A DNA stretch of 64,000 bases from Candidatus Poribacteria bacterium (GTDB lineage Bacteria > Poribacteria > WGA-4E > WGA-3G). The stretch lies in contig JAGFCA010000028.1 of NCBI GenBank assembly GCA_022394755.1, positions 3,237 to 67,236 of the forward strand, written 5' to 3'. Made by a program: the position numbers and the translations under genes. The notes beneath the pieces were generated by a model. It saw nothing but the letters and a program-made list of their open reading frames with translations, was not told the DNA's origin and did no database searches. This document shows, in pieces, positions 63,955 to 64,000 of the stretch; the stretch's first letter is position 1; each line of letters opens with the position of its first letter.

Positions 63955-64000
63955 TCGTCTATCAGAGGTAATTTATCTTCTGAACATTAGACGGCGTTCT

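Overview
This AT-rich (~37% GC by eye) bacterial chromosomal segment spans the replication origin. The gene repertoire suggests Candidatus Poribacteria (inference): an ECF-sigma/WD40 fusion, trypsin-TPR and TolB-like proteins, and a C-terminal VxPxGKxxxxWGxIK motif. The core is rpmH<>dnaA-oriC-recF-dciA-gyrB-gyrA, with dnaN and rnpA/yidC absent from their usual positions. To the left lie a tRNA-Ser x4/Arg/Ala-tadA-ffs-dnaX-ybaB-recR cluster, then mnmG-rsmG, an Rsb-type partner-switching cluster with a degenerate AccD paralog, galK/glk, and a giant SprA-motif outer-membrane protein. Accessory content: an Rpn nuclease with an internal SD-led ORF (candidate RpnS antitoxin), an octaheme HAO-family cytochrome with a duplicated His-bearing membrane partner, a trypsin-TPR plus Cys-rich gene pair, a GH2/dehydrogenase pair, and an HgiDII/BbrUII-like C5-MTase plus GHKL-ATPase nuclease. 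There are also two diverged inverted copies of a ~0.9 kb non-coding element with nested MITEs/REPs. No CRISPR array, rRNA or intact transposase was seen. All calls come from reading motifs by eye; no database searches were run.
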